64,000 nt of DNA from a bacterium (GTDB lineage Bacteria; Bacillota_I; Bacilli_A; RF39; UBA660). Location: the NCBI GenBank assembly GCA_030531905.1, contig JAUNMG010000003.1, positions 3,641 through 67,640 on the forward strand, in the 5' to 3' direction. The notes under the pieces are model-generated. The model was not told where the DNA came from, did no database searches, and saw only the letters and a program-made list of their open reading frames with translations. This document shows, piece by piece, positions 1 to 10,338 of the stretch. The stretch's first letter is position 1; every line of letters starts with the position of its first letter. A program made the position numbers and the translations under genes.

Positions 1-99
1 ACTTGTAATATGGCCTGGAGTTAGTTTTGTATTATCTAGAATTATTTGTGAAATTAAACAGATAGTTCCACAAAATAAGAATGAATATAAAAGTAACAT
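1..99 (-). CDS. spoVAE: Stage V sporulation protein AE (SpoVAE/SpoVAEB-like), N-terminal part only; gene runs off the left edge
   Basis: Reverse-strand ATG at 99-97 overlaps the spoVAD stop (TAATG). The translation MLLLYSFLFCGTICLISQIILDNTKLTPGHITS is hydrophobic and SpoVAE-like. Its position after spoVAC-spoVAD fits spoVA operon order. Confidence 0.55.
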   Translation of the reverse strand, partial: MLLLYSFLFCGTICLISQIILDNTKLTPGHITS

Positions 100-1091
100 T
101 AACATACCTCCAAACTAATAGCATGAGCTATACTTAAAATATTTTCACCTTGGAAAAGAGTCGTTGGTGAATACATTGCACCAGTTGGTACCAATAAAAC
201 TCTTTTTATTTCTTTTTCTTTTAACTTTTTATAAATAAATGAATAATTAACTAAACAACTACATACTGGTCCACTACCACCTGCTAAACATTCTTCTTGC
301 ATATCTAAATCATATAACATAACTCCACAATCATTATAATTTTTAGATATATCTATTTTATATTCTTCATTTAAATACTGCATTAATATATTTTTTCCAT
401 ATTTTCCAAGATCTCCAGTTAAGATCAAATCATAATCTTCTGGCTTTCTTCCTAAATCTTTCAAATGCTTATTAATTGTATAAGCTGCTGCTCCTGCCAT
501 TGCTCCTCCCATATTATTGGGATCTTTTTGATTATAATCAATTAATTTTCCTATAGTAGATGATTCAACTCTTACATCTGTTTTTTCACTTGTAAGTAAA
601 ATTGAAGCTCCACCAGTTGATGTAAAAGTTGCACTTCTAGGTTTTGGTGCACCATACTCAGTTGGATTTCTAAATTGTTTTTCACTTACCATATTATGAG
701 ATGATGTAACACATAACGCATTATTAATTCTTTTTGCATCTATCAAGCTACTTGCAACAATTAACTCTTCAGCACTAGTAGCACAAGCATCGTAAACTCC
801 TAAGAATGAATTTCCAATATTATTTGATGCAAATGTAGTTGATGTTATTTGATTAGATAAATCACCTGCTATTACAAGTTCAATATCTTTTGATTTTAAT
901 TTAGCTTTTTTTAGTAACATCTCAATACTTTCCTCAGCTATTTTCTGTTCAGCTAATTCCCAAGAATCAGTTCCAAAATATAAGTCTTTATAACTTTTAT
1001 CAAAATATTCTCCTAATGGTCCATCTTTTTCGTATGGACCAGATATAGTTGCAGTATCTTTTATATATACATTTTTATATTTAAATGTCAT
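99..1091 (-). CDS. spoVAD: Stage V sporulation protein AD (thiolase-fold, dipicolinate uptake complex)
   Basis: 330 aa. The N-terminus ...YIKDTATISGPYEKDGPLG..FDKSY.DLYFG..SWE.AE and the thiolase-like ACATS/GGSGPVCS segments are typical of SpoVAD. Its start overlaps the spoVAC stop by 4 nt. Confidence 0.9.
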   Translation of the reverse strand: MTFKYKNVYIKDTATISGPYEKDGPLGEYFDKSYKDLYFGTDSWELAEQKIAEESIEMLLKKAKLKSKDIELVIAGDLSNQITSTTFASNNIGNSFLGVYDACATSAEELIVASSLIDAKRINNALCVTSSHNMVSEKQFRNPTEYGAPKPRSATFTSTGGASILLTSEKTDVRVESSTIGKLIDYNQKDPNNMGGAMAGAAAYTINKHLKDLGRKPEDYDLILTGDLGKYGKNILMQYLNEEYKIDISKNYNDCGVMLYDLDMQEECLAGGSGPVCSCLVNYSFIYKKLKEKEIKRVLLVPTGAMYSPTTLFQGENILSIAHAISLEVC

Positions 1092-1543
1092 ATTGCTCCT
1101 CCTATCAAATATCTAATAAGTCCAAACACCCAAGCTGATACTACACCATATAAAATTACTGAACCAGCTAATTTAAACATATTAGAACCAAAACCACTAA
1201 CAGGCCCTTCTTTTTTATAATCTAACGTTGCACTTGTCATTGAATGAGCAAATCCCGTTATTGGAATTAAAAGACCACATTTAAATTTAGTAACTAATTT
1301 ATCAAAGAAGCCTAATGCTGTACAAAGTGATGATATAAATATTAATATTACTATCATATAAACAGAAGCATCTGTTCTAGAAATTTTAAAATAACAACAC
1401 AATATTTCAATAATTGCTTCACCTAATAGTCCTACTAATCCTCCAACTATAAAAGCAACAATAGCATTTTTTACTCTTTCTTCTTTTGCTTTATTACTAT
1501 TAACTATTTTTTCATATTTTTTATTTACCAATTTAATCACCAT
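1088..1543 (-). CDS. spoVAC: Stage V sporulation protein AC (membrane subunit)
   Basis: 151 aa with four predicted TM segments. The IVAFIVGGLVGLLGE and GFAHSMTSA motifs, and its position upstream of spoVAD, fit SpoVAC. Confidence 0.85.
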   Translation of the reverse strand: MVIKLVNKKYEKIVNSNKAKEERVKNAIVAFIVGGLVGLLGEAIIEILCCYFKISRTDASVYMIVILIFISSLCTALGFFDKLVTKFKCGLLIPITGFAHSMTSATLDYKKEGPVSGFGSNMFKLAGSVILYGVVSAWVFGLIRYLIGGAI

Positions 1544-1648
1544 TATTAATATGGTTTTATTTTTTTTATTTATACTTAAACGATTTCAAAAAAAAACATT
1601 CAATTTTTTTAATTGAACGTTTTTCATGTTTCTTATTTAATTTTTTAA

Positions 1649-2875
1649 TTAGTCTTCAGTATACCAAGTTTTAGCTATTTCTTCTTTTTTTATTTCAACA
1701 CCATTTTTAAAAGTATGAAGAAATGTTTGATAATATCTATTACCTAATTTAACTGACTCAGTTGTATAAGTTTTACCTTCCATAGCATCATGATTAGACC
1801 AAAAATCAACATGAGCAGTACCATTAACTGCATAAGCAGATATATAAATTGGATACTTATAAGTATTTTTAAATTGAAAGTCTACATTCCAACCACTAGC
1901 ATAACTAGCAACAGTTGCATCTAATCCTCCTGGAACATAAACACTTTTTTTAGCATGTGGATATCTTTTAACAATTTCAAGACCACCTAACAATGCAGTA
2001 TTATAAATAGTAGTAGCAATTTGACATACACCATTTCCCACAAATTCATAATAAAAAACATAACCTTTTTTATTATAGGGACCAGCATACTTATAAAAAG
2101 AAAATACCTCTTGTGAATTAATAATTACTCCATCTATATAAGAAAGTCCTGTTTTTAAATTAGTTGCTCTTGAAATATAAGGATTAAATTCTGTTGAAAA
2201 GGAAGACACCTTAGTATCAATTGATTTATATAATTCATTACTTTCTGCTTTAATCATATCTCCAATAAGCGTAATTTCCTCATCCTTTGAAATATTATCA
2301 GTAATTTCTTTTAGTGATTTTTCTACATCTAAACTAAAACCATCAATACCTTCTATATATTTGATATTTCGCGCATCGTCCTTAGAAAAATAACCATTAA
2401 CTAAATTGGTATCAACACTTTTCTTTATTTTTAATAAAGACTCTCTAATATTTTCTACATTATAAGTATATTCTAATTTAAACTCTTGTTTTTCCTTCTT
2501 ATTTAATCTAAAAAATTTATCAATTGAATTCAAGTTATTATTATATTCTAAAATTTCTTTTTTTACTTTATCTTTATTAGTATTTATTCCAAGTTCACTA
2601 TATGTATAAGAATAATTTTTATTATTTATTTTTAAATTTACTTTCTTAGAAAGTTTTTTACTACTATATATATTTATCTTTTTACCAAGTTTATTAACAT
2701 CTACTTTAGAAATATCTTCATTATCAATAAAAGTATTATAAAATATTTTATTATCATAAACATGAACTTTCTGATAGTTAGTAATTATACAATAGAAAAA
2801 AAGAATTAACCAAATGATTAACACTATAAAGTAAACTATAATCATCTTATTCTTTTTATTCTTTTTTCTACCCAT
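1649..2875 (-). CDS. VanW family protein (N-terminal membrane anchor)
   Basis: 408 aa. The C-terminal block GNGVCQIATTIYNTALLGGLEIVKRYPHAKKSVYVPGGLDATV....DFQFKN matches the VanW domain signature. Confidence 0.8.
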   Translation of the reverse strand: MGRKKNKKNKMIIVYFIVLIIWLILFFYCIITNYQKVHVYDNKIFYNTFIDNEDISKVDVNKLGKKINIYSSKKLSKKVNLKINNKNYSYTYSELGINTNKDKVKKEILEYNNNLNSIDKFFRLNKKEKQEFKLEYTYNVENIRESLLKIKKSVDTNLVNGYFSKDDARNIKYIEGIDGFSLDVEKSLKEITDNISKDEEITLIGDMIKAESNELYKSIDTKVSSFSTEFNPYISRATNLKTGLSYIDGVIINSQEVFSFYKYAGPYNKKGYVFYYEFVGNGVCQIATTIYNTALLGGLEIVKRYPHAKKSVYVPGGLDATVASYASGWNVDFQFKNTYKYPIYISAYAVNGTAHVDFWSNHDAMEGKTYTTESVKLGNRYYQTFLHTFKNGVEIKKEEIAKTWYTED

Positions 2876-2935
2876 ATACTATCACAATCATAATATACTA
2901 CAAAATAGGCTTTTTAACAATACGTTAACTAAACT

Positions 2936-3481
2936 TTATAATCGTGATTTTAATTTTTCAAGGACTTTTGTTTCTTTTCTAGATACTTGTACTTGACTAA
3001 TACCTAATCTCTTAGAAACTTCATTTTGAGTCATGTCATAGTAATATCTAGAGTATATTATTTGTTTTTCTTCATTTGGTAATTTAGATAATTCTTCTTT
3101 TAAATCTAAAATACCTGGACATATTTGTTTTTCTTCTACTTGAATAACATTATATAAACTATCTTCATTATCTTCAAAACAGTAATCTAAGCTATCTGCT
3201 TTAGTTTGTAATTTTTCTATTTCTTCTATTTTTTCCTCGTCAATTTCTAAGATTAGTGATAATTCCAAAGTCGTTGGTTCTCTTAATAATTTTTGTCTTA
3301 ATAAGTCTTTTGACTTTTCAATACTAGACTTTAATCTTAATGTATCTCTACTTATTTTAAAACTATTATTTTCTCGTATATACTTTGCTACTTCACCTAG
3401 GATATATTTATAAGCATATGTTGAAAATTTAACACCAATATTTGGATCAAATTTTAAAGAAGCATTTATTAATCCCATCAT
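2936..3481 (-). CDS. sigF: Sporulation-type sigma-70 family factor (SigF-like); coordinates run from the first ATG, but the frame stays open upstream to 3589
   Basis: Region 2-4 features are present: GLINASLKFDP, YAYKYILGE, and region 4 HTH MTQNEVSKRLGISQVQVSRKE. The in-frame upstream extension NIVDTIIENENLVYSIINKYSSYGDKDDLYQVG encodes region 2.1/2.2 but holds no ATG/GTG/TTG. It lies between a spoIIAA-like gene and the spoVA operon. Confidence 0.7.
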   Translation of the reverse strand: MMGLINASLKFDPNIGVKFSTYAYKYILGEVAKYIRENNSFKISRDTLRLKSSIEKSKDLLRQKLLREPTTLELSLILEIDEEKIEEIEKLQTKADSLDYCFEDNEDSLYNVIQVEEKQICPGILDLKEELSKLPNEEKQIIYSRYYYDMTQNEVSKRLGISQVQVSRKETKVLEKLKSRL

Positions 3482-3581
3482 TCCTACTTGATATAAATCA
3501 TCTTTATCACCATAGGAACTATATTTATTAATAATACTATATACTAAGTTTTCATTTTCTATAATAGTATCTACGATATTA

Positions 3582-3929
3582 TTACATCCTTAAGTATTCG
3601 AATGCCTCTATATCATGACTAACATAAAATAATTGATCCTTAGTAAAACCTACTTTCTTTCTAAATAATTCTGACATACCACACATAACCACCTTTCCGC
3701 AATTCAAAAATATCTCTACCAACTTACTTTGTATCTTAGAAATTATATTATCTTCTACCTTTGAAATATTCGTAAAATCAAAAACAAAATTAGATATACC
3801 TTGATTATATAAAAGATAATTTATTTCTTCACCAAAGGTAGTAAATGTTTTATTAGTTAAAGTTCCTTCCAGTCTAATAAAAAGTATTCCTCTTTCTACT
3901 TCTTTTTCTATTTCTAACATCTGCTTCAC
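3582..3929 (-). CDS. spoIIAA: STAS-domain anti-sigma-factor antagonist (SpoIIAA-like)
   Basis: 115 aa with a STAS-like layout (ILFIRLEGTLT....F.FDF.N...) lying immediately upstream of the sigma gene. Confidence 0.7.
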   Translation of the reverse strand: MKQMLEIEKEVERGILFIRLEGTLTNKTFTTFGEEINYLLYNQGISNFVFDFTNISKVEDNIISKIQSKLVEIFLNCGKVVMCGMSELFRKKVGFTKDQLFYVSHDIEAFEYLRM

Positions 3930-4041
3930 CTCGGTTAGTTAGTATTATAATACTTTTATTTTTTTTGTGTTGTAATTCGACAAAACCTTACAAAACTTTT
4001 AATTTTTTTACTTCTAATTATATTATAGTTATTAAATTAAT

Positions 4042-4779
4042 TTAAAGAGATTTAGAAATAAATATTTCTAAAAATTTATATTTTTTATTATCAAGAATAT
4101 AAAAATAACAAAAGTAAGAAAAGATACCTGCCCCTAAAAAATTAACAAATAAATCTTCCATAGTATCAATTAAACCTATATCTAAATATCCATCTATAAT
4201 AATTATTCTATTATCAGTATAAATTTCTGTTTTAACATTTGATAATATTTCTTTATTATTTATTTTTTCTGATACCATATTTTTAACAATAGTATCTTTT
4301 TGACAATCTTTATAGAAATATTTATCAAGGCTATATTCACCAAACTCCCAGAGTATTCCTATAGTCATTGAAAAACAAAAGGCACAAATAGAAATAAATA
4401 ATGGTGATAATTCTACTTTTTCTTTATTTAAAACATTTATTAAAGATAAGAAGAAAGCTCCCATTAAGAATCCATTTATATTATGAAGTATAGTATCCCA
4501 ATTAGGAAATATTTCATAAAAGTTTTTTACCTCTCCTAAGATTAAAGCTGCAAAAATAAAAAAATAAGCCATTATTTCTAAAGTAGAAGTTAACTTTAGT
4601 TTTAATGTCTTATTTATAAATTTTGGTATTTCAAATAATATAAGCGCTAATATACATATAAAAGCATTATTGAAATGTCCCTTTACCAGTTGTAATATCA
4701 TACAAAATACTACTAATAATTTTAATGAGATATAAACCATTACGTTAAAAGCTCTTTTACTTGTCAAAAGATATAACAC
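4042..4779 (-). CDS. Polytopic membrane protein, family not recognised
   Basis: 245 aa with about 6 hydrophobic segments. No catalytic motif was recognised. Confidence 0.4.
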   Translation of the reverse strand: MLYLLTSKRAFNVMVYISLKLLVVFCMILQLVKGHFNNAFICILALILFEIPKFINKTLKLKLTSTLEIMAYFFIFAALILGEVKNFYEIFPNWDTILHNINGFLMGAFFLSLINVLNKEKVELSPLFISICAFCFSMTIGILWEFGEYSLDKYFYKDCQKDTIVKNMVSEKINNKEILSNVKTEIYTDNRIIIIDGYLDIGLIDTMEDLFVNFLGAGIFSYFCYFYILDNKKYKFLEIFISKSL

Positions 4780-4789
4780 TTCCTATACT

Positions 4790-5707
4790 TTATTTTTCAA
4801 ATAGCTTAATAACATTTTCTTTTGGCAACATCATTTTAGTATGTCTATCTATTCTAAATTTAAATTTCTTAGTAGTTATAGGATATTCTTCTCCATCTAT
4901 ACACCAAGATACTTTTGGTTTTTGCAAGAATTCTATTTCTAAGTTATTAGTTTGATAATAAGTAATTCCCGGTACATCTTTAGCATCCATATTATTTAAT
5001 AAAATAAATATTTTCATCATTTCAGCTTTATTTTTCACTTTACAAAACGCTACTTCAAACATATTATCATCTAATTTTATATCATAATAAACGTCATTAA
5101 GTCCCGCTACTCTACTGGCATTTGTTATAAAGAAAAATGAATAATTTCCTTCATAAGTTTTACCATCGATAGTATATCTTATATCATAACTATTAATTTT
5201 ATTCTTCAATTGTTTCAAACCATACATAATATATGCAATTTTCCCATACTTTTTCTTTAGTTTACGTGGAGTATTATAGGCCATATCTATATAGTCCCCT
5301 AGACATGCAACATATACAAAAGGAGTATCATTAATAAAACAAACATCGATATTTTTTTGAACACCTTGTAGTAATAATTCCAAATTTTTTACATAATTTC
5401 CAGTAAAACCATACATATTACCAACATCATTTGTAGTTCCCATTGGAAGGTTAGCTAAAGTAAGACGTTTTTTTCTTTGTAAGTTACCACTAACAACTTC
5501 ATTTAATGTTCCATCTCCACCAGCACTTATAACAAGATCTACATCATCTAAATTTTTTACTATACTAGTAGCATCTTTTTTTTGGCTAGTATAGATTATT
5601 TCTGCATCATAGTCATATTTTCTTAATATATCATAAAATGGTTGAACACTTTTTTTCTTTTTAATTCTTCCACTAGCAGGATTATAAATTATTACACATT
5701 TTTTCAT
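4790..5707 (-). CDS. Diacylglycerol kinase-family lipid kinase (DagK/YegS-like)
   Basis: 305 aa. It has IIYNPASG at the N-terminus, the GGDGTLNEV motif and a PMGTTNDV segment. Confidence 0.85.
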   Translation of the reverse strand: MKKCVIIYNPASGRIKKKKSVQPFYDILRKYDYDAEIIYTSQKKDATSIVKNLDDVDLVISAGGDGTLNEVVSGNLQRKKRLTLANLPMGTTNDVGNMYGFTGNYVKNLELLLQGVQKNIDVCFINDTPFVYVACLGDYIDMAYNTPRKLKKKYGKIAYIMYGLKQLKNKINSYDIRYTIDGKTYEGNYSFFFITNASRVAGLNDVYYDIKLDDNMFEVAFCKVKNKAEMMKIFILLNNMDAKDVPGITYYQTNNLEIEFLQKPKVSWCIDGEEYPITTKKFKFRIDRHTKMMLPKENVIKLFEK

Positions 5708-5961
5708 CCCATCACCTCGTAATATACGAATATTATATCACAAAAATTAAATAATTACTGAATAATTTAGTTTTCATTATTATAAGCCTAAGTAAAATTC
5801 TTCTAACAAGTTCGTATCAATACTAACTTCTTTCAATTAATTATTATTTAACTTATTATACTTATAAATAAATTAAACCAATTGTTCATGTTCTATATAT
5901 TTTTATTTTATCTCTTAGAACTTATTATATCATACAAAGAAAAAAAAGAATCAAAGATTCC

Positions 5962-7116
5962 TTAATTAATAATACCCAAAATACTATTTTTAACAGTTTC
6001 TATGTATAACTCTATATAATTTAATTTTTTAATACTTGTTTTTGAAACCAAATCAACTTTGGTAATTTCTTTTTTACCATCTTTTACAATTATTTTTCCT
6101 AAAATATCACCTTGTTTTATAGGTAATTTAATTTTATCTACTTCTATATTATATTTATATTTATTTCCTCTACTTGCTTTGTTTTCTAAAACACCAACAT
6201 CATATTTAGGAACTAATTGAATTTTTTCTTTATCTCCCTTATCAAACTCTAATTCTTTTACAACTTTATCTTTTTTCTTTACGACTGTTATTTTTTTAGT
6301 GTTAAATCCATAATCAAGTAAAGCCATCGTCTCACTATTTCTAATTTTACTATTCTCTTCTCCTAAAACAATTGCGATTAATCTCATTCCATCTTTTTTA
6401 GCAGTAGCAGCTAAACAATATTTGGCTGCATCAGTATGACCTGTTTTTAATCCATCTGCACCATCATAAAATCTTACTAATTTATTTGTATTAACAAGCC
6501 AAAATTTATTTTCAGTATCTTGTCTTAAATAATCTTCATATACTGATGAAAAATCAAGTATTTTTTCATGATTAAGTAAGTTTCTAGCGATAATAGCCAT
6601 ATCATAGGCAGTTGATAAATGGCCTTCTTCATCAAGTCCTGTAGAGTTTTTAAAAGTAGTATTTTTAAGTCCTAACTCTTTTACTTTCTTATTCATTAAT
6701 TTAACAAAACTTGCTTCATCTCCTGCGATGTACTCAGCCATAGCAACAGTAGCATCATTAGCACTAGCCATAGAAATTCCCTTAAACAAATCCTTAACAC
6801 TCATCTTTTCTCCTGCTGTTAAATAAATTTGTGAACCTCCCATATCGGCTGCATTCTTACTAACACTTACAATATCATCCCATTTTATTTTACCACTTTC
6901 AATATTTTCCAAAATAATAGTTTGCGCTACCATCTTAGTCATAGAAGCAACAGCTACTTGTTTATCTTTATCTTTTTCGAAAATAATTTCTCCCGTTGAT
7001 TGTTCCATTAAAAGTCCTGAAGTAGCATTTTTTATCAATTCAGTATTTTCTTCTGCTTTAATATTTACTGGTAATAAAAGTAAAGCAAATAAAAGTAAAA
7101 AAAATCTTTTCTTCAT
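5962..7116 (-). CDS. D-alanyl-D-alanine carboxypeptidase (PBP5/DacB/DacF type, S11)
   Basis: 384 aa with a signal peptide and the SMTK (SxxK), SANDA (SxN) and KTGHT (KTG) motifs. Confidence 0.85.
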   Translation of the reverse strand: MKKRFFLLLFALLLLPVNIKAEENTELIKNATSGLLMEQSTGEIIFEKDKDKQVAVASMTKMVAQTIILENIESGKIKWDDIVSVSKNAADMGGSQIYLTAGEKMSVKDLFKGISMASANDATVAMAEYIAGDEASFVKLMNKKVKELGLKNTTFKNSTGLDEEGHLSTAYDMAIIARNLLNHEKILDFSSVYEDYLRQDTENKFWLVNTNKLVRFYDGADGLKTGHTDAAKYCLAATAKKDGMRLIAIVLGEENSKIRNSETMALLDYGFNTKKITVVKKKDKVVKELEFDKGDKEKIQLVPKYDVGVLENKASRGNKYKYNIEVDKIKLPIKQGDILGKIIVKDGKKEITKVDLVSKTSIKKLNYIELYIETVKNSILGIIN

Positions 7117-7202
7117 ATCTTCCTCCTATTTTTTTCTATGATTAAAGAAAGTAAAATATACATAAATTGGAAATTTAATGCTATTATAGTAGTAGGTGAT
7201 TA

Positions 7203-8102
7203 ATGATGAAAAGAAAATTAAAGCTAAAATCTTGGGTAAAATGGCTTTTACTAATACTTTTAATAATCATAACAATAACAGTAGTATCTATTAATAATAA
7301 AAATAATGGTAATAAGAATACTAAAGAAACATTCAAAGTAGATAAAATAAAAAATAAAAATAATGATACCTTAAAAGCAAAGTGTAAAAAAATAAGTTAT
7401 TGTAATTTAAAATATCTTGATAGATATAAATTATATAAAAATAGTAATAAGGATTTAAGTGATGAAGATATTATTACTAGAGTCAATTTAGGACTAGATT
7501 ATAGTTTCTATACACACACAAAAGAAACTCCTTATCTAAATAAAGAATATATTTTAGTTAATAAGTATTTACATTTAAATGAAGATTATGTTCCAGAAAG
7601 TCTAGAAGATATTGACCTAGAATTTGCTAGAAGCGGAATGAAGATGGTTAAGACTGCTAAAGAAAAGTTTTTAGAAATGGTGAAAGCTGCCAAAAATGAC
7701 GGCTACACAATTATAGCAATGTCATCTTATCGTAGCTATAATTATCAAGTTAACTTATATAATAGATATGTTTCATCTGATGGAGTTGAAGCAGCTGATA
7801 CTTATTCTGGAAGACCAGGATATTCTGAACATCAAACAGGTCTAGCTGTTGATGTTTATGATGGAAAGCTTGATTATACTAATTTTGAAAAAAGCGATTC
7901 TTATAATTGGATGCAAGAAAATGCCTATAAATATGGTTTTATTTTAAGATTTCCAAAAGATAAAGATAATATTACTGGATATCAATATGAATCATGGCAT
8001 TATCGCTATGTTGGTAAAAAAATAGCTAAATATATTCATGACAAGAATATTACATTTGAGGAGTATTATGTTAGATTCATTGAACCTAAATTTCAAAAGT
8101 AG
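7203..8102 (+). CDS. VanY/M15B-family D-alanyl-D-alanine carboxypeptidase, membrane anchored
   Basis: 299 aa with an N-terminal TM. The motifs SSYRSY, SEHQTGLAVD and ESWHYRYVG are typical of the VanY zinc peptidase. Confidence 0.8.
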   Translation: MMKRKLKLKSWVKWLLLILLIIITITVVSINNKNNGNKNTKETFKVDKIKNKNNDTLKAKCKKISYCNLKYLDRYKLYKNSNKDLSDEDIITRVNLGLDYSFYTHTKETPYLNKEYILVNKYLHLNEDYVPESLEDIDLEFARSGMKMVKTAKEKFLEMVKAAKNDGYTIIAMSSYRSYNYQVNLYNRYVSSDGVEAADTYSGRPGYSEHQTGLAVDVYDGKLDYTNFEKSDSYNWMQENAYKYGFILRFPKDKDNITGYQYESWHYRYVGKKIAKYIHDKNITFEEYYVRFIEPKFQK

Positions 8103-9024
8103 TATCATCAATAACTTTAAAATTAGTTTTATATTTTAGATACCTAATCAGTCTAAACATTGCCTCATCCTTCTTTTTAGCCTCAATCATAATATCAATA
8201 TCATAGTTATAATTTTTAATAATCTTTAAAAATTCTAGAAATGAAGATGCATCAATATAATCATGATGTGATCTCATTTCTTTTTTTGTCTTGTTTTTAG
8301 GAGATGAAAAATGAATCTTAGGATTTATATTTTCCCAACTTGAAAAAATAATATCTAAATATTTTTCTATATTTGAATCTGTATGATTACACATAAAATG
8401 ATGATAATCTAAGACTATTGGTATACCTAGTTTTTCATACAAATAAATACAATCTTCTATTGTGAAAATTTTATCATCATTTTCTATAACAATAGAATTT
8501 CTAATACTTAGTGGTAATTCTTTAAAATTTTTAATAAATCTTTCTAAAGCTTTACTTTTACCAAAGACATTACTACCTACATGTAAAACCATAACTTTCT
8601 CTTTTATTCCTAAAGCATCTAAGATATTATAATGATATTTTAAAATTTCAATTGAATTGTTTACAGTTTCTTTATTAGTACTATTTAAAACACAAAATTG
8701 ATCGGGGTGAAAATCAAGACGAAGATTGTTTTTCTTTATAATATTTCCTATTTCTTTAAACTTATCTTTATATTTTTCTAAGTAATCAAATTTAACATCT
8801 TCTTTTGTAGCAAGAGGAATTAGTTTTGACGACATCCTATAAAAATGAATATTATTTTTAATATTATAATTTATTACCTCTTCTAAATTATTTAAATTAC
8901 TTGATATAACTCTATCTAATTTTTCTAAATCTTTTGTTTTTAAATACTCACTATAAGTATAAGTAGAAGATGTTGTTATATCTAAAGTTTCTGTAATACA
9001 TGCATATCCAAATCTTATTTTCAT
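8086..9024 (-). CDS. uvsE: UV damage endonuclease UvdE
   Basis: 312 aa. MKIRFGYACI..., ...FYRMSSKLIPLAT and HPDQF.VLNS are typical of UvdE. It converges on the previous gene with a 17-nt overlap. Confidence 0.85.
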   Translation of the reverse strand: MKIRFGYACITETLDITTSSTYTYSEYLKTKDLEKLDRVISSNLNNLEEVINYNIKNNIHFYRMSSKLIPLATKEDVKFDYLEKYKDKFKEIGNIIKKNNLRLDFHPDQFCVLNSTNKETVNNSIEILKYHYNILDALGIKEKVMVLHVGSNVFGKSKALERFIKNFKELPLSIRNSIVIENDDKIFTIEDCIYLYEKLGIPIVLDYHHFMCNHTDSNIEKYLDIIFSSWENINPKIHFSSPKNKTKKEMRSHHDYIDASSFLEFLKIIKNYNYDIDIMIEAKKKDEAMFRLIRYLKYKTNFKVIDDTTFEI

Positions 9025-9041
9025 AAAAAAATCACCTATTA

Positions 9042-9626
9042 TTAAGATGATTTTTTATCTAATTTATATTCCAAAAACTTATAAAAATAATAAAGTAATG
9101 TGTACTCGGACCAGAAAAAGAATAGTAAGTTACTGACTTGAATAAATGAAAGTAAAGTTTCATTTTTATACAAATTACTAGCAACTGATAAATCTAAGTT
9201 TTCTGTTACAGCAAGGGAAGCCACACACATAAAACATAAATACATAATAGAAAGTACAATAGAATTAACTATTTTTTTTGAAGTCGACATTTTTTTTGAC
9301 ACTATTGTTACAATAATCGCGATAGTAACTAAAATCATTATAAAAAAATACATTATCATAGATGGAAAATAAATATAACTAAGTAAAAATTTTATAAAAC
9401 TATCTATACAATACATTGCATAATTATGATAGCTAACTGCAAGTCCTATCACAAAAGCTAAACATAAAACAATAGATCCTATTTTAACTATCTTATTATC
9501 TTTCTTTATATTTAAGAAAGTAAAAAGAAATAAAATAATACTTAATAATAGTAATTCAATTCCCATAAAAGATGAAAATATGTATTTAAACATAATAGTA
9601 ATTTTATCTATTATAGTCATTTCCAT
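9042..9626 (-). CDS. Polytopic membrane protein, unknown function
   Basis: 194 aa and strongly hydrophobic throughout. It is co-directional with the sortase gene. Confidence 0.4.
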   Translation of the reverse strand: MEMTIIDKITIMFKYIFSSFMGIELLLLSIILFLFTFLNIKKDNKIVKIGSIVLCLAFVIGLAVSYHNYAMYCIDSFIKFLLSYIYFPSMIMYFFIMILVTIAIIVTIVSKKMSTSKKIVNSIVLSIMYLCFMCVASLAVTENLDLSVASNLYKNETLLSFIQVSNLLFFFWSEYTLLYYFYKFLEYKLDKKSS

Positions 9627-9642
9627 TATAAGTACCTCCTTT

Positions 9643-10338
9643 TTAAACCCTTTCTAAAATATAAATTGTTTGTTCTGTATCACTATTTTTTGTACATGTA
9701 ATCAAAGTAAGAGTAGTTTTATCTAAATTTCTGTTAATTGTAGCAGTTCCATTTTTAGGAATATTATATATATTTACAATTTGATATTTGTATGTTGTTC
9801 CTTGATATGTAACGTAGGCATAATCACCTATTTTTAATAAATACAAATAGGCAAAGTAGGAAATATAAGCATCACCGGAATGAGCCATTAAAATTAAATT
9901 TCCTTTATCAACATCTGGCATAGTAGAGCCACCTACTACTGTTACATTATAATTGATATTATTATATTTAGACTCAGTTCCATAAAAGCCTCTTTTTAAA
10001 CTAATCCTTGGAATTTCAAGAACTCCTAAATATTTACTATAATCAATTTTATACTGTTTTTTTTCTTCTTGGACAGGTGTAGAATCTTGTGGAGATTTTA
10101 CTTCTTCTTTTTTTAATTCCATTGCATCTGGCAAATTATCTATTATTTCTTCTATGTTCTGGTCATCTTCTTGGGAAAGTTGCATATCAGAAAATAGACT
10201 CATTTTTAAATACATAATATGATTATATGATAATAGAAAAACACCTAATATTACAAGTAAAGAGCCAAATAAACATATATGACTCTTTTTCATTTTTTTT
10301 ATATTAAACTTGTTCTTTTTTTGTTTTAACATTTGCAT
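9643..10338 (-). CDS. Sortase family transpeptidase
   Basis: 231 aa with an N-terminal TM, LILMAHSG (His) and TLTLITCT (catalytic Cys, TLxTC). The annotated start overlaps the upstream gene by 35 nt, so the internal MKKSH start at 10293 is an alternative. Confidence 0.8.
   Translation of the reverse strand: MQMLKQKKNKFNIKKMKKSHICLFGSLLVILGVFLLSYNHIMYLKMSLFSDMQLSQEDDQNIEEIIDNLPDAMELKKEEVKSPQDSTPVQEEKKQYKIDYSKYLGVLEIPRISLKRGFYGTESKYNNINYNVTVVGGSTMPDVDKGNLILMAHSGDAYISYFAYLYLLKIGDYAYVTYQGTTYKYQIVNIYNIPKNGTATINRNLDKTTLTLITCTKNSDTEQTIYILERV

Noticed and set aside
5962-7116. Naming the PBP5-type carboxypeptidase dacF, because dacF precedes spoIIAA in Bacillus subtilis.
   Set aside because: Two unrelated genes (a lipid kinase and a membrane protein) and a 250-nt spacer lie between it and the STAS gene. 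Paralogs cannot be told apart by eye, so the gene symbol is left empty.
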